Positions 20,877-32,428 of a stretch of 64,000 bases of DNA are shown piece by piece; position 1 is the stretch's first letter, and each line of letters starts with the position of its first letter. The translations under genes and the position numbers were made by a program. The stretch comes from Diplonema japonicum (taxonomy: Eukaryota; Protista; Euglenozoa: Diplonemea): contig OZ025667.1 of the NCBI GenBank assembly GCA_964019335.1, positions 558,001-622,000 of the forward strand, in the 5' to 3' direction. Under the pieces are notes generated by a model. It did no database searches. It saw only the letters and a program-made list of their open reading frames with translations, and was not told the DNA's origin.

Positions 20877-22913
20877 ATGAAGCACATGCTCACTTTGGCC
20901 GCCTCGGTGGCCCTGGTTGCGGGTGATCCTTACCTCATCAACGACTTTGAAAGGAACGTCATTCTCACCGAGCACAACAACATGAGGACAAAGTGGGGTG
21001 CGTGCCCATTGGAGTGGGATGAGAGTCTCGTACAAAAGAACAGTGTGTTCATGACCGCGTGCGTACGGGGGAGGACTGTATCGGGGCAGTCGATTGCCGA
21101 CACCACGTACTCTGTAAAACCGAGCGTCTTCGATCTTGTCAACGTTTGGGTTCAGGAGGAACCGCATTACAAGGTACTCCAAAAGCCTCTCTACGGGGCG
21201 CACTTCAACTCGAAGGGGTTCACCCAGATGATTTGGAAGTCGTCCATGAAGATCGGATGCGCCATGTGCCACAAGCCTCAGTCCAAGACAGCATACCTGG
21301 AGTGTTTTTACGAGGAAAAGGGAAACAGGCAGGAGTGGGGGACCGATGAGACGTTCGAAAACAGGCTCGGGAATGAGGGCGACCAGGGGAAGAACTGCCC
21401 TACGCCCGTTGTCGCTTCGGGTATCAGCAACCCTGTCGTTGTGGACCCTTGCCTCGCTGGCCCCAACGGGACCCCGTGCACTGCGCAGGGGGTGCCGGGC
21501 CAGTGCTACGGAAATGTCTGCCACATTTCGAAAGCTTTATCTGGGTGCCAGGCCCATGGTACTAAGTCTGCCTGCTCTGCAGACACCGCTTGTGACTGGC
21601 AAACCAACCAGCCTTCCTTCTGTGACAAGACTGGGTGCCCTGGTGTCAACTGCGCCACCCTCTCTCCGGAAATGAAGAACGAAGGGCTCTCGTGCCCGGA
21701 CTGCGTGATCCACGACGGCCACATGCTCTGCGGCAGCGTCGCCGTGGCCCCCACAACTGGGCTCTGCCAGTCCAAGAGTGACCCTGTGTTCATCCCGCCC
21801 CACATGTGGGAGCCCCCTGCAGGGTTCTGGAATGATGCCATCGCCACGATCAACAGCGAGCGTGCGTCGCGTGGCCAGTGCTCCCTTAAGTGGGACGGAG
21901 ACCTCTCGAGGGAGTGCAAGAACGACGCCCTCGTGGCAGAGAAGTGTGTCTTCGACAAATCTGGTCCCATTGCCGACTACTCCACTGAGACCTGGTACAC
22001 CGTCCCGTTCAACTTCAACGTGCAGACGGAAGTTGTCAACTTCCTCGCTGAGTACGGTGGTGGTCCTACCAACCTGAACCCTGTGAGCCAGGCCATCGCG
22101 ATGCTTGCCGATGACGCGGAGAAGGTTGCCTGCTGCATCTGCAACAGGGAGATTGTGGGACAGTCCGTCATCTCGATCATGACGTGCAAGGTCCGCAAGG
22201 CAGGCGGTGTAGCACCTGTTGAGACTGACATTGTTAGCGACATTGGCTCCACGCAGCAGGTGTGCGCAGGGGACGTGTGCCGTGCAAGCGTGACGCACGA
22301 CGGCAAGCAGCTGGCGCCCGTCGCCATCGCTTCCTCGGACCTTGTGAAGACACACCAGATGGCGATGGACATCGGGCACGTGAAGGACTTCGCGCACGTG
22401 GTGATGGGTGGTGCTCCCGATGGGCACATCTTTAGGGTGAAGGATGATGCTCTGGTGTCGGGTGAAGACCTGACCTTCGACTGCCCGTCGTCATGCTCGA
22501 AGGAATGCGAGGTGTACGTGGTGGCGTACCACTGCCCGTCGTGCCCGAAGTCGATGAAGAACAAGGTGGTGGCAGATGCCCTGTCGAACGGGTGGGAGAT
22601 GTCATCGTGCGCACCTGAGCTGTACGTTACTGGTGATGACCGTCCCCAGCCGATGGTCTCCATGCGCAAGGTGCTCCAGCCGGGACAGCAGCACACCTTC
22701 TCCTCCTCCGGTGACGTTACCAACATGTTCGTCATGTCTTTCAACAGGGACGTTGCCGACTGTACGGTCTTGAAAAGTGCGGACTGTGAAGCTACTGACG
22801 GCTGCACCATGCACAACACCCAATGCGTGGCCGAGGAGTGGTGCCCTAAGAGGTTCTCGAGGGGCCCCTTCCAGGCCCGCTCTGGTCCTGGCTGCTCCGC
22901 CGCTTGCATTTAA
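20877..22913 (+). CDS. Secreted CAP (SCP/PR-1) domain protein with a second degenerate CAP domain and Cys-rich C-terminus
   Basis: Signal peptide; ILTEHNNMR, LEWD, FTQMIWKSSMKIGCA; second INSERA...LKWD...KVACC. Confidence 0.85.
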   Translation: MKHMLTLAASVALVAGDPYLINDFERNVILTEHNNMRTKWGACPLEWDESLVQKNSVFMTACVRGRTVSGQSIADTTYSVKPSVFDLVNVWVQEEPHYKVLQKPLYGAHFNSKGFTQMIWKSSMKIGCAMCHKPQSKTAYLECFYEEKGNRQEWGTDETFENRLGNEGDQGKNCPTPVVASGISNPVVVDPCLAGPNGTPCTAQGVPGQCYGNVCHISKALSGCQAHGTKSACSADTACDWQTNQPSFCDKTGCPGVNCATLSPEMKNEGLSCPDCVIHDGHMLCGSVAVAPTTGLCQSKSDPVFIPPHMWEPPAGFWNDAIATINSERASRGQCSLKWDGDLSRECKNDALVAEKCVFDKSGPIADYSTETWYTVPFNFNVQTEVVNFLAEYGGGPTNLNPVSQAIAMLADDAEKVACCICNREIVGQSVISIMTCKVRKAGGVAPVETDIVSDIGSTQQVCAGDVCRASVTHDGKQLAPVAIASSDLVKTHQMAMDIGHVKDFAHVVMGGAPDGHIFRVKDDALVSGEDLTFDCPSSCSKECEVYVVAYHCPSCPKSMKNKVVADALSNGWEMSSCAPELYVTGDDRPQPMVSMRKVLQPGQQHTFSSSGDVTNMFVMSFNRDVADCTVLKSADCEATDGCTMHNTQCVAEEWCPKRFSRGPFQARSGPGCSAACI

Positions 22914-23091
22914 GTGGCTAATCAAATAATTGGTGGAGAGAAAAAAGAAACTGGCTGGATAAAAAATAAAATAAAAATAAAGAAGGGTAAGGGAGAAGAT
23001 GAAATGGGGGACAAAAAGAAAAGAACAAGAAGAAAAAAAACAAATATTCAACGTGCAGTCGTGCCTCATTTCCATTGAAAAAAAAAGAAAC

Positions 23092-23122
<31 letters not shown>

Positions 23123-24603
23123 AAATAGAGAAGGAAAATAAGAAGAGTTAAAGAGCTATAGGTGGGACGGTATTAATAAGGGAAATCAAGGGAGGGGCAA
23201 ATTAAAGGTGAGGTGCGGGGGGGGAAATGAAAGAGTGGAATTAACTGTTCAAGAGCAGAGGGGTGGCAGAGGATGGGGAGGGAGAAAAAGAAAATGAAGA
23301 ATTTTATTTTCTTCTGCTTTGTTTCCCTTCTCCTTTCTTTTGGTTCTTCTCTTGCTCTTGCGCCATTTCACTCTACTCCCCCCGCCTCCCCTTTTTTTCT
23401 TTAATCCTCTCTTTCCTTTTACTTCCTTTCCCTCCCTACCTTTTCTTATTATTTCTTCCCTTCCCCCTCCCAGTTCTTCTTTTTCCATATGATATGGGAC
23501 TGCATTGGTGTGATGCTAGTGCAGTTTTACTTTCTTTTACCCCCTCCCCTCATTAAGTGCACCCAGAATCTTTTCTTTTTGAATGCTGTTCAACGAACCA
23601 TCTCGGCATGAGATCGACTAAGGAAAAGAAAGAGGAAAAAAAAAAAAAAAAATGGCATTTCAAAAAAAAAAAAAAAAAAAAAGAAGATCATTTAAGGTTA
23701 AGCATTTGAAATCTCTTCCCCCCCCCCCCCCCCTCCCCCTCCCCCTGACTTTTTATTTATTTTATCCCTTTTTTTCTGTCATCCTCACACACAACCCAGA
23801 TATGGAGCTTTCTCTGTGAAGCAGCAATAAAAAAATGATTTTTCCAAGATTTTTTTTTTTTTATCACCGACAAGAGTAGAGGGGGGAAAAAAAATTCATT
23901 TTAATTGTTCACCTCTCCCCCCTTCCCCCTCCCTCTTTTTCTTCTTCTTTTTTTTTTTTTTTGCTAAGTATTTGTCCCCCTCCTTTTTTCTTTTTTCTTT
24001 TTTTTGGTAGCTTTGCGATTTCTTTTTGTTTTTTCTTTTTTTTGTTTTTAAGTTTCCCCTTTCCCAGCTTTCCCTTTGTGCGTGCTGCAATTTACAATTT
24101 TTGTAATTGCGCACTCCTTCTCTTCATAATAGTTATGTGGGTCATTAAGAACAAAAAAAAAGTGAGAATACCTTTCTACCCACTTTTCTTTCTTTTTTTT
24201 TTCCTCCACCTTTTTTTTGTTTTCTTTTTTTTTTTTGAAAAGGAATTTGCCAAAGAACTCCGGGAGAAAGAAAGAAAAAAAAAAACACCCCTCCCCTCCC
24301 CCCCCGAAAGAAGATTAGAAGAACAAAAAAAATACACCTACCCAACCCAAAAAAAAAAGGCAAAAGAATGAGGAGAACGATGGGGAGGTCTTAAAAAAAA
24401 AAAAAAAAAACTGAAAAAGGAGGGGAAAATTTTTTTTCTTCTTTTTTTTTTTTTTTTTTCGCTTTTCTTTTTTATTCCTCTTGCTCATACCCTCAGAACC
24501 TTCCCACCCCTCTATTTTTCTTTTTTGTTTTCCCCCAGCCCAGCCTCATCTTTCCTCCCCCAACTTGACTCCATATTCACTCAATTTACAGTTTTCTAAC
24601 AAC

Positions 24604-25641
24604 ATGGCCGCTATGCTCTTGTTCACTGTTCTCGCATCAGGAGGCGATCCAGCCTGCATGGCCGAGTTTCAATTATGCATTTTGAACACCGAACTTGGAA
24701 GGTGCTTTGGAGGATACTGTGCTTTAAGCAAATCGCTCCCAGGCTGTCTCGCACATGACAAGAGTATAAGCTGCGATGCAGATACCACTTGTAAATGGAA
24801 GGCCTCTAGCCCTGCGGCATGCTCGAACGGCGGCTGTCCAAACGCGAACTGCGCCACACTTTCAACAGATCAAATCAACTCCGGGTTCACATGTGATAAC
24901 TGTTTCATCAAGGAAGGTTATATGTTCTGCGGCCAGGGCATTGTTCCTGGAACGGGTATATGCGAACCTACGCAGATCACAGGGCAAGACCCTTGCAGGA
25001 CACCTCCACCGGTGAGGGTCTACCACAATGGTAACGCTCTTACGGGTAGTGTGATTTCTAGGTCTGAATTGACAGATTCGCACACTGAAATCCTTGATGC
25101 TGGGTATGTTAAGGGTTTTTCTAAAGTGGTGTTGGATGGGGATGAGGATGGGCATGTTTTCAAGGTTCCTCATGATGCTCTGGTGTCGGGTGAAGACCTG
25201 ACCTTCGACTGCCCGTCGTCATGCTCGAAGGAATGCGAGGTGTACGTGGTGGCGTACCACTGCCCGTCGTGCCCGAAGTCGATGAAGAACAAGGTGGTGG
25301 CAGATGCCCTGTCGAACGGGTGGGAGATGTCATCGTGCGCACCTGAGCTGTACGTTACTGGTGATGACCGTCCCCAGCCGATGGTCTCCATGCGCAAGGT
25401 GCTCCAGCCGGGACAGCAGCACACCTTCTCCTCCTCCGGTGACGTTACCAACATGTTCGTCATGTCTTTCAGCAGGCATGTTGCTGACTGTACGTCTCTT
25501 GAGTTGAGCGCTTGCACTGCAAACGTGGAATGTAGATATCACAACAACCAATGCACTGCGGCATGGTGTCAGAAGAGGTTCTCGAGGGGGCCTTACGCAG
25601 ATGCATCGGGTCCTGGCTGTTCTAGGCGATGCGTGGTTTAG
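24604..25641 (+). CDS. Secreted Cys-rich protein, CAP-less paralog of 20877-22913
   Basis: Likely start MAAMLLFTVLASG at 24604. Shares the Cys modules and an identical 300-bp block (25172-25471 = 22444-22743). Confidence 0.8.
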   Translation: MAAMLLFTVLASGGDPACMAEFQLCILNTELGRCFGGYCALSKSLPGCLAHDKSISCDADTTCKWKASSPAACSNGGCPNANCATLSTDQINSGFTCDNCFIKEGYMFCGQGIVPGTGICEPTQITGQDPCRTPPPVRVYHNGNALTGSVISRSELTDSHTEILDAGYVKGFSKVVLDGDEDGHVFKVPHDALVSGEDLTFDCPSSCSKECEVYVVAYHCPSCPKSMKNKVVADALSNGWEMSSCAPELYVTGDDRPQPMVSMRKVLQPGQQHTFSSSGDVTNMFVMSFSRHVADCTSLELSACTANVECRYHNNQCTAAWCQKRFSRGPYADASGPGCSRRCVV

Positions 25642-25781
25642 GTGGGGGGGGGAGAAAATAAATAGAAGAATCTAAAAAAAAAGAAGGAAGAAAAATTTTT
25701 AAAAGAACAAAAAGAAGAAGCACAGCTTTTTTTTTTACTGATGCTCTGTTCCTGAACGAATGGAAATTGTTTTTTTTTCCC

Positions 25782-25816
<35 letters not shown>

Positions 25817-26009
25817 AGCTAGCTGTAAGAAGCTTTTTATGTGCGCAAAAAAAAAAAAAAAAAAAAAAAAAAAAGAAAACTGCAATTTCTTTTGTCATAA
25901 TTTTACTTAAATTTACTTAAAAATTATTTTCTTTTCTTGTTGTAATACCCTTTTGGTTTAAAGAGTCTGAATTCTTTTTTCTTTTTTCTCTCCTTGTTTT
26001 TATTTTAAG

Positions 26010-26320
26010 AGAGCGCGCGTGTTATAGGCCGGGTGATAACGGCACTAGAACGCATCCACACCAGTAAGGCTCAGTTGCTACAACAGCTCCATAAGGGGCT
26101 ACTCCTCTAGACCGGTATTCGCCTCCATGGTAACCTGCCACATCCTTGAGAGACAACTGTACAACCATTGTGTCCTTACCAACTCGATTGAGGCTTTTAT
26201 ACCTAAGGTACCGAGGAGGGTGAACGAGGGGCCGAAGGCGACACCACAGCAGAAAGGTTCGATCAAGAGATAGATTCTTCAGGCGTCCTGCCGCATACCG
26301 CAGGTACCCTTAAATGTCTC
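26010..26320 (+). mobile_element. 3' fragment of a third LINE subfamily (5' boundary approximate)
   Basis: Frame ending at TAG 26271-26273 reads GYSSRPVFAS...QQKGSIKR*, versus GFARRPIFAS...LQKGSIKR* in ORF2. Followed by a CCTGC/GCAGG hairpin and CCCTTAAATGTC, then a pyrimidine tract. Confidence 0.8.
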
Positions 26321-26657
26321 TCTCTTTTTCTTTTTCTTTTTTCTTTTTCTTTTTTCTTTTTTTTTTTTTGTTTGACCTCTCCTTGACCTTTGTGAGGTAC
26401 TTCAGGGATTCTCTTGGGGAAAAAATCCTTTAAAGTTTTCTCTTTTTTTTCCCATTTTTTCCTATTCGCTATTATCATTGCCATTTTCTCTCCCCTGGTC
26501 CTATCTGAATACTTATTTATCGGCCCCTACTTAAAAACACCATACTTTCCTCTCTTTAAAAATTCTCTGCCACTTGGCCCTACACGTCCCCCGCCTTTTT
26601 TTATTTTTGTGTTTTTTCATTGCACAACTAGGGGCATGATGTTACTTACAAGACACG

Positions 26658-28580
26658 ATGGGGTCTCAGGAACCGATGAAGAACATGAAGGAGAAAAAGT
26701 ATTCCACGCGCGCATCGAGAAGAACCCGTTTGTACGTGACCCCTGTGCCGCCTCAGGAAAGGATGAAGCTGAGAGATGCGAAAGCTACAGCAAAACTGCA
26801 GGCTCGGGAAAGAGCTGAGAATTTAAAAAAGGCGATTGAGAATGCCAAAAAACAGATGGGTTTGTGCGAAGCCCCGCTGGCCTTTAGGAATATTATAACA
26901 AAAATCAGGAACGCAAAAAAAACCGTTTTGAAACCAACAGTATTGGTACGCAGGGGTGTGTCTAGGCTAAGCACCAGCACCGAGGGGAGCGATAGATACG
27001 TGGACACAGAGGAAGAGGTACTCAACTACTCCACCACTGGGTACAACAAGCTTGCGCCCTCCACTTCCGCGTGCAACGCCAAATACGTCTCGTTCTTCGA
27101 CCAGTTCCCCGAGGACAACCTTCAGAAGCTGTTGAACAACATTCGAGTGCACCACCCCACACCGCCGTGCGAACCGGTTTGCGTTGAGCCCTCATTTCGT
27201 ATTGACCGCGTTTGCCACTCCCCGCGACCTCCCCTCTCCCCTGCTGCCCCCCGCCGACAGGGCTTCCTCCAAGCACGTCTAGCAGCTGCACGTCAGAACA
27301 GCATCACCGTTTCCACAAAACGCAAGATTGTACGTTTCAACAAGAATATCGCCTTCCTCAGTAGCGCTGAGATGCAAACACGGCAGGAGCAATGCTTGCA
27401 GAACAAGGAAGCCCTGGACAAAGACTACCTGAAGAGGAAGACCATGCTCGCACAGACGAAGGATGTGAACTTGTTGAGCTCTGCCACCCGGGACAGGCAG
27501 CGTAAACGGTGGAAGCAACGGCTTCTGTGGGCGAAACTGGTGATGGCCGTGCAGTGCTTCACTACTTTTTGCAGAAACCTGGACATTGCGTCACGCAAGG
27601 AGGCCACAACGAGCAGCCCGATAGAGATCAGCATCATGGCTGGCGGCAACCAGATGGCTCCTTTGTTGTCGGCTATCAAGAAGCTACAATTCACTAAACA
27701 GATAAAACCACGATACAAGTCGTGGGGCCCAGTGAGGATCGTGCTGCGGTGGATGCTCCGCTGGCGACGTGTCCGGAACAGCGTGTCCTTCATAACATAC
27801 TTCATGATCTCGTGGTCCGACATGCAGCCGCTTCTTATGGTGTGCATGACCTACCACGCGAAGGTGCGTGTTTGCCAGCTGCACATCAAGAACTGGATCT
27901 ACTCTCACAAGGTGCGCAAGATGTGGCTCCGGCGGGCGTGGGATGCGTGTGAGAGCAGCATCTTGGAAAAGGTAGCTGTGAAGGAAAAGCAGTTCTTGGA
28001 CATCCCCGCCAGTGCCATGCCGAAGGAGTATCAGGTGATAAGGGATATGCTCACAAAACGTGGGTGCGCATTTGTGAATGCGAAACCCTTCAAGTTGAAT
28101 GGAAGACTGGTCGACGGTACCCTAGCACACTTAGGTATCGGTGCGAATGAATCCTTTGCCAGGGTGTGCCCCAAGATGCGCAACAAGTTCATCACAGATG
28201 TACTGCGGGAGCAATACTTGAACCACTGTGTAAAGCTGGACGTGTACTTAGAGGCAAAGAGTAACTACTATTACACAGGACTTGTACCGCATCGGCCGTA
28301 CCGTAGTCTGACCCTCCCATCAGCGCTGATACTGAATCTCGTCAAACATGCACGGCAGGCGTACTCAGATTCTCTGAGGCAGCAACGCGCCACAGCGCTC
28401 CTCGCAAACGTTTCGAATGATTTTTTTCTCTCCATTCTTGAGACCGACAGGTCCCGCCAGAGTGCCATCTATGACAAAGAACCAGTGCCCCCCCTGATGG
28501 TCGACAGCTCTCCTCGCTACCATTCTTGGGTGAGCCATTTCATCACAAAACACCAGCATAAGTTGGTTCTTTACAACTAG
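26658..28580 (+). CDS. Hypothetical basic protein (640 aa)
   Basis: Long + strand ORF; no family recognised. Confidence 0.75.
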   Translation: MGSQEPMKNMKEKKYSTRASRRTRLYVTPVPPQERMKLRDAKATAKLQARERAENLKKAIENAKKQMGLCEAPLAFRNIITKIRNAKKTVLKPTVLVRRGVSRLSTSTEGSDRYVDTEEEVLNYSTTGYNKLAPSTSACNAKYVSFFDQFPEDNLQKLLNNIRVHHPTPPCEPVCVEPSFRIDRVCHSPRPPLSPAAPRRQGFLQARLAAARQNSITVSTKRKIVRFNKNIAFLSSAEMQTRQEQCLQNKEALDKDYLKRKTMLAQTKDVNLLSSATRDRQRKRWKQRLLWAKLVMAVQCFTTFCRNLDIASRKEATTSSPIEISIMAGGNQMAPLLSAIKKLQFTKQIKPRYKSWGPVRIVLRWMLRWRRVRNSVSFITYFMISWSDMQPLLMVCMTYHAKVRVCQLHIKNWIYSHKVRKMWLRRAWDACESSILEKVAVKEKQFLDIPASAMPKEYQVIRDMLTKRGCAFVNAKPFKLNGRLVDGTLAHLGIGANESFARVCPKMRNKFITDVLREQYLNHCVKLDVYLEAKSNYYYTGLVPHRPYRSLTLPSALILNLVKHARQAYSDSLRQQRATALLANVSNDFFLSILETDRSRQSAIYDKEPVPPLMVDSSPRYHSWVSHFITKHQHKLVLYN

Positions 28581-28669
28581 TGCTTTCCAGCATGGTAATT
28601 TAACTATTCTTATTCAGATCAAAAGAAGAGACACCTCACTCCTACAGTGGTATCAAGAACAACAAAAAA

Positions 28670-29666
28670 ATGCCGTTCGTCAAGGTTCAGAAGAACAACT
28701 CGTACTTCAAGTGCTACCAGGTGAAGTACAGGCGCCGACGTGAGGGAAAGACCGACTACCGCCAGCGCCGTATCTTGATCACGCAAGACAAGAACAAGTA
28801 CCAGACCCCCAAGTACCGTTTGATCTGCCGTATCACGAACCGTGATGTGATCTGCCAGGTTGCCTCGGCTGAGCTCAAGGGCGACAGGATCCACGCCTCC
28901 GCCTACGCCCACCAGCTGAAGGACTTCGGTCTTACCGTTGGTTTCTCCAACTACAGCGCTGCCTACGCCACCGGGCTCCTCCTCGCCCGCCGTATCCTCA
29001 CCCTCAAGGGCCTCGACAAGAAGTACCCTGTATGTGAAGAAATTAAAAAAAGAAGAACCACAACCACAACCACAACCACAACCACAACCACAACCACAAC
29101 CACAACCACAGGGTATCGATGAGGTGACCGGTGACAACTTCGAGATCAAGGAGGACGAGAACCAGCGCCCGTTCAAGGCCCTTCTCGACATCGGTCTTGT
29201 GAAGCCCACCGTGGGTAACAAGGTGTTCGCTTGCCTGAAGGGTGCCGTGGACGGTGGCCTCTTGGTGCCCCACAGCGACAAGCGTTTCCCCGGGTACAGC
29301 GGTGGTGAGCTTGACGCTGAGATGCACCGCTCGCGCATCCTCGGTCAGCACGTGGCTGAGTGGATGGACGAGATGGAGGAGGAGGACAACGAGAAGTTCC
29401 AGAAGCACTTCAGCCAGTACCTCGCCAACGACGTGTCCTCGGACTCCATTGAGGAGATGTACCTCTCTGTGCACAAGAAGATCAGGGAGAACCCCAAGGC
29501 CGTGGACCCCGCCAAGGCGGCCGCCCAGCGCAAGAAGGACGCGAAGAAGCCCCGCTCCTACAGGCTCAAGGCCAACACCCGCTACACCCGCCAGCAGCGC
29601 CAGCACAGGGCCAACCAGAAGATCAACAAGATCAGGCGTGGTCTGGGTCTTGAGGACCGTCAGTAA
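28670..29666 (+). CDS. RPL5: 60S ribosomal protein L5, copy 2
   Basis: Exons 28670-29029 and 29112-29666; 82-nt intron. Confidence 0.97.
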
Positions 29667-30096
29667 AATGGCTGAGCAGGGAATACACATTAGCACGGTA
29701 CATGTTGAGGAGAAAGGAAGAATTGAATGGATCATTAAGGAGATAGACATGTTCGCGTGCAGCGCTTTCGGTTTCATACTTTTTTTATCTTTTGCTTTCA
29801 TTTCTTGTTCGAGCTGCATTCCCTCCCTTTCTTGATGTGCAGCATGCTGCTTCACCTTTTCGTTTTTGTGGCTTCCTTCAACACTTCTTCCCACGTTGTA
29901 TGAACCACGCACAGCAATGAGAGCCGTCAAGGCACTTCTGCGGATGCGGCCTTCACTCTGGTAAAAAACACCCCATCCCATGGAACTGGGCAGTTAAACA
30001 CCAGTAGGCCTGGTTAGTATTGTTTGGGTGACCATTCAAGAACGCCAGGTGCTTGCATTCTTATAAGCAGACCTTTATAGAGTAAGAAAAAACAAA

Positions 30097-31081
30097 ATGC
30101 CGTTCGTCAAGGTTCAGAAGAACAACTCGTACTTCAAGTGCTACCAGGTGAAGTACAGGCGCCGACGTGAGGGAAAGACCGACTACCGTCAGCGCCGTAT
30201 CTTGATCACGCAAGACAAGAACAAGTACCAGACCCCCAAGTACCGTTTGATCTGCCGTATCACGAACCGTGACGTGATCTGCCAGGTTGCCTCGGCTGAG
30301 CTCAAGGGCGACAGGATCCACGCCTCCGCCTACGCCCACCAGCTGAAGGACTTCGGTCTTACCGTTGGTTTCTCCAACTACAGCGCTGCCTACGCCACCG
30401 GGCTCCTCCTCGCCCGCCGTATCCTCACCCTCAAGGGCCTCGACAAGAAGTACCCTGTATGTGAAGAAATTAAAAAAAGAAGAACCACAACCACAACCAC
30501 AACCACAACCACAACCACAACCACAGGGTATCGATGAGGTGACCGGTGACAACTTCGAGATCAAGGAGGACGAGAACCAGCGCCCGTTCAAGGCCCTTCT
30601 CGACATCGGTCTTGTGAAGCCCACCGTGGGTAACAAGGTGTTCGCTTGCCTGAAGGGTGCCGTGGACGGTGGCCTCTTGGTGCCCCACAGCGACAAGCGT
30701 TTCCCCGGGTACAGCGGTGGTGAGCTTGACGCTGAGATGCACCGCTCGCGCATCCTCGGTCAGCACGTGGCTGAGTGGATGGACGAGATGGAGGAGGAGG
30801 ACAACGAGAAGTTCCAGAAGCACTTCAGCCAGTACCTCGCCAACGACGTGTCCTCGGACTCCATTGAGGAGATGTACCTCTCTGTGCACAAGAAGATCAG
30901 GGAGAACCCCAAGGCCGTGGACCCCGCCAAGGCGGCCGCCCAGCGCAAGAAGGACGCGAAGAAGCCCCGCTCCTACAGGCTCAAGGCCAACACCCGCTAC
31001 ACCCGCCAGCAGCGCCAGCACAGGGCCAACCAGAAGATCAACAAGATCAGGCGTGGTCTGGGTCTTGAGGACCGTCAGTAA
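30097..31081 (+). CDS. RPL5: 60S ribosomal protein L5, copy 3
   Basis: Exons 30097-30456 and 30527-31081; 70-nt intron. Confidence 0.97.
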
Positions 31082-31277
31082 GTGTCACGACCGTATCAAA
31101 AGCAACGCATCGCTAGACTGCTTATTTATTGAGTTCCCTTTTTTTATATTTGCTTCATATCATTTGAGTACTTGAAGAATTTGTGACCGGACAATGTCCG
31201 AGACCTACCTATGTACTTAGTCGGCCTGTCCATGTAGACTAACATCTAGCACCTTCATCTCAGTTATATAAGCAAAA

Positions 31278-32262
31278 ATGCCGTTCGTCAAGGTTCAGAA
31301 GAACAACTCGTACTTCAAGTGCTACCAGGTGAAGTACAGGCGCCGACGTGAGGGAAAGACCGACTACCGTCAGCGCCGTATCTTGATCACGCAAGACAAG
31401 AACAAGTACCAGACCCCCAAGTACCGTTTGATCTGCCGTATCACGAACCGTGATGTGATCTGCCAGGTTGCCTCGGCTGAGCTCAAGGGCGACAGGATCC
31501 ACGCCTCCGCCTACGCCCACCAGCTGAAGGACTTCGGTCTTACCGTTGGTTTCTCCAACTACAGCGCTGCCTACGCCACCGGGCTCCTCCTCGCCCGCCG
31601 TATCCTCACCCTCAAGGGCCTCGACAAGAAGTACCCTGTATGTGAAGAAATTAAAAAAAGAAGAACCACAACCACAACCACAACCACAACCACAACCACA
31701 ACCACAGGGTATCGATGAGGTGACCGGTGACAACTTCGAGATCAAGGAGGACGAGAACCAGCGCCCGTTCAAGGCCCTTCTCGACATCGGTCTTGTGAAG
31801 CCCACCGTGGGTAACAAGGTGTTCGCTTGCCTGAAGGGTGCCGTGGACGGTGGCCTCTTGGTGCCCCACAGCGACAAGCGTTTCCCCGGGTACAGCGGTG
31901 GTGAGCTTGACGCTGAGATGCACCGCTCGCGCATCCTCGGTCAGCACGTGGCTGAGTGGATGGACGAGATGGAGGAGGAGGACAACGAGAAGTTCCAGAA
32001 GCACTTCAGCCAGTACCTCGCCAACGACGTGTCCTCGGACTCCATTGAGGAGATGTACCTCTCTGTGCACAAGAAGATCAGGGAGAACCCCAAGGCCGTG
32101 GACCCCGCCAAGGCGGCCGCCCAGCGCAAGAAGGACGCGAAGAAGCCCCGCTCCTACAGGCTCAAGGCCAACACCCGCTACACCCGCCAGCAGCGCCAGC
32201 ACAGGGCCAACCAGAAGATCAACAAGATCAGGCGTGGTCTGGGTCTTGAGGACCGTCAGTAG
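31278..32262 (+). CDS. RPL5: 60S ribosomal protein L5, copy 4
   Basis: Exons 31278-31637 and 31708-32262; 70-nt intron. Confidence 0.97.
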
Positions 32263-32428
32263 ATGGTTTCAATTTATGAACGGGAAGTACTAAATTGCAA
32301 GATTTTCAAAAGTTAAAAAAAAAAAAAAAAAAAAAAGAAAAAAAAGACGAGCATTTTCAGGCATTATATTGTCATTTTATTTCGTTGTAGCACCCCCTGC
32401 CGCACCCCAGAAATACCACAGGACACAA

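Noticed and set aside
22914-24600. Short Phe/Lys-rich ORFs here and at 34200-36000, 40800-41600 and 44350-48480
   Set aside because: Translations of poly-T/poly-A tracts.
29667-30096. Possible snoRNAs between RPL5 copies
   Set aside because: No convincing C/D or H/ACA(AGA) box arrangement found by eye.
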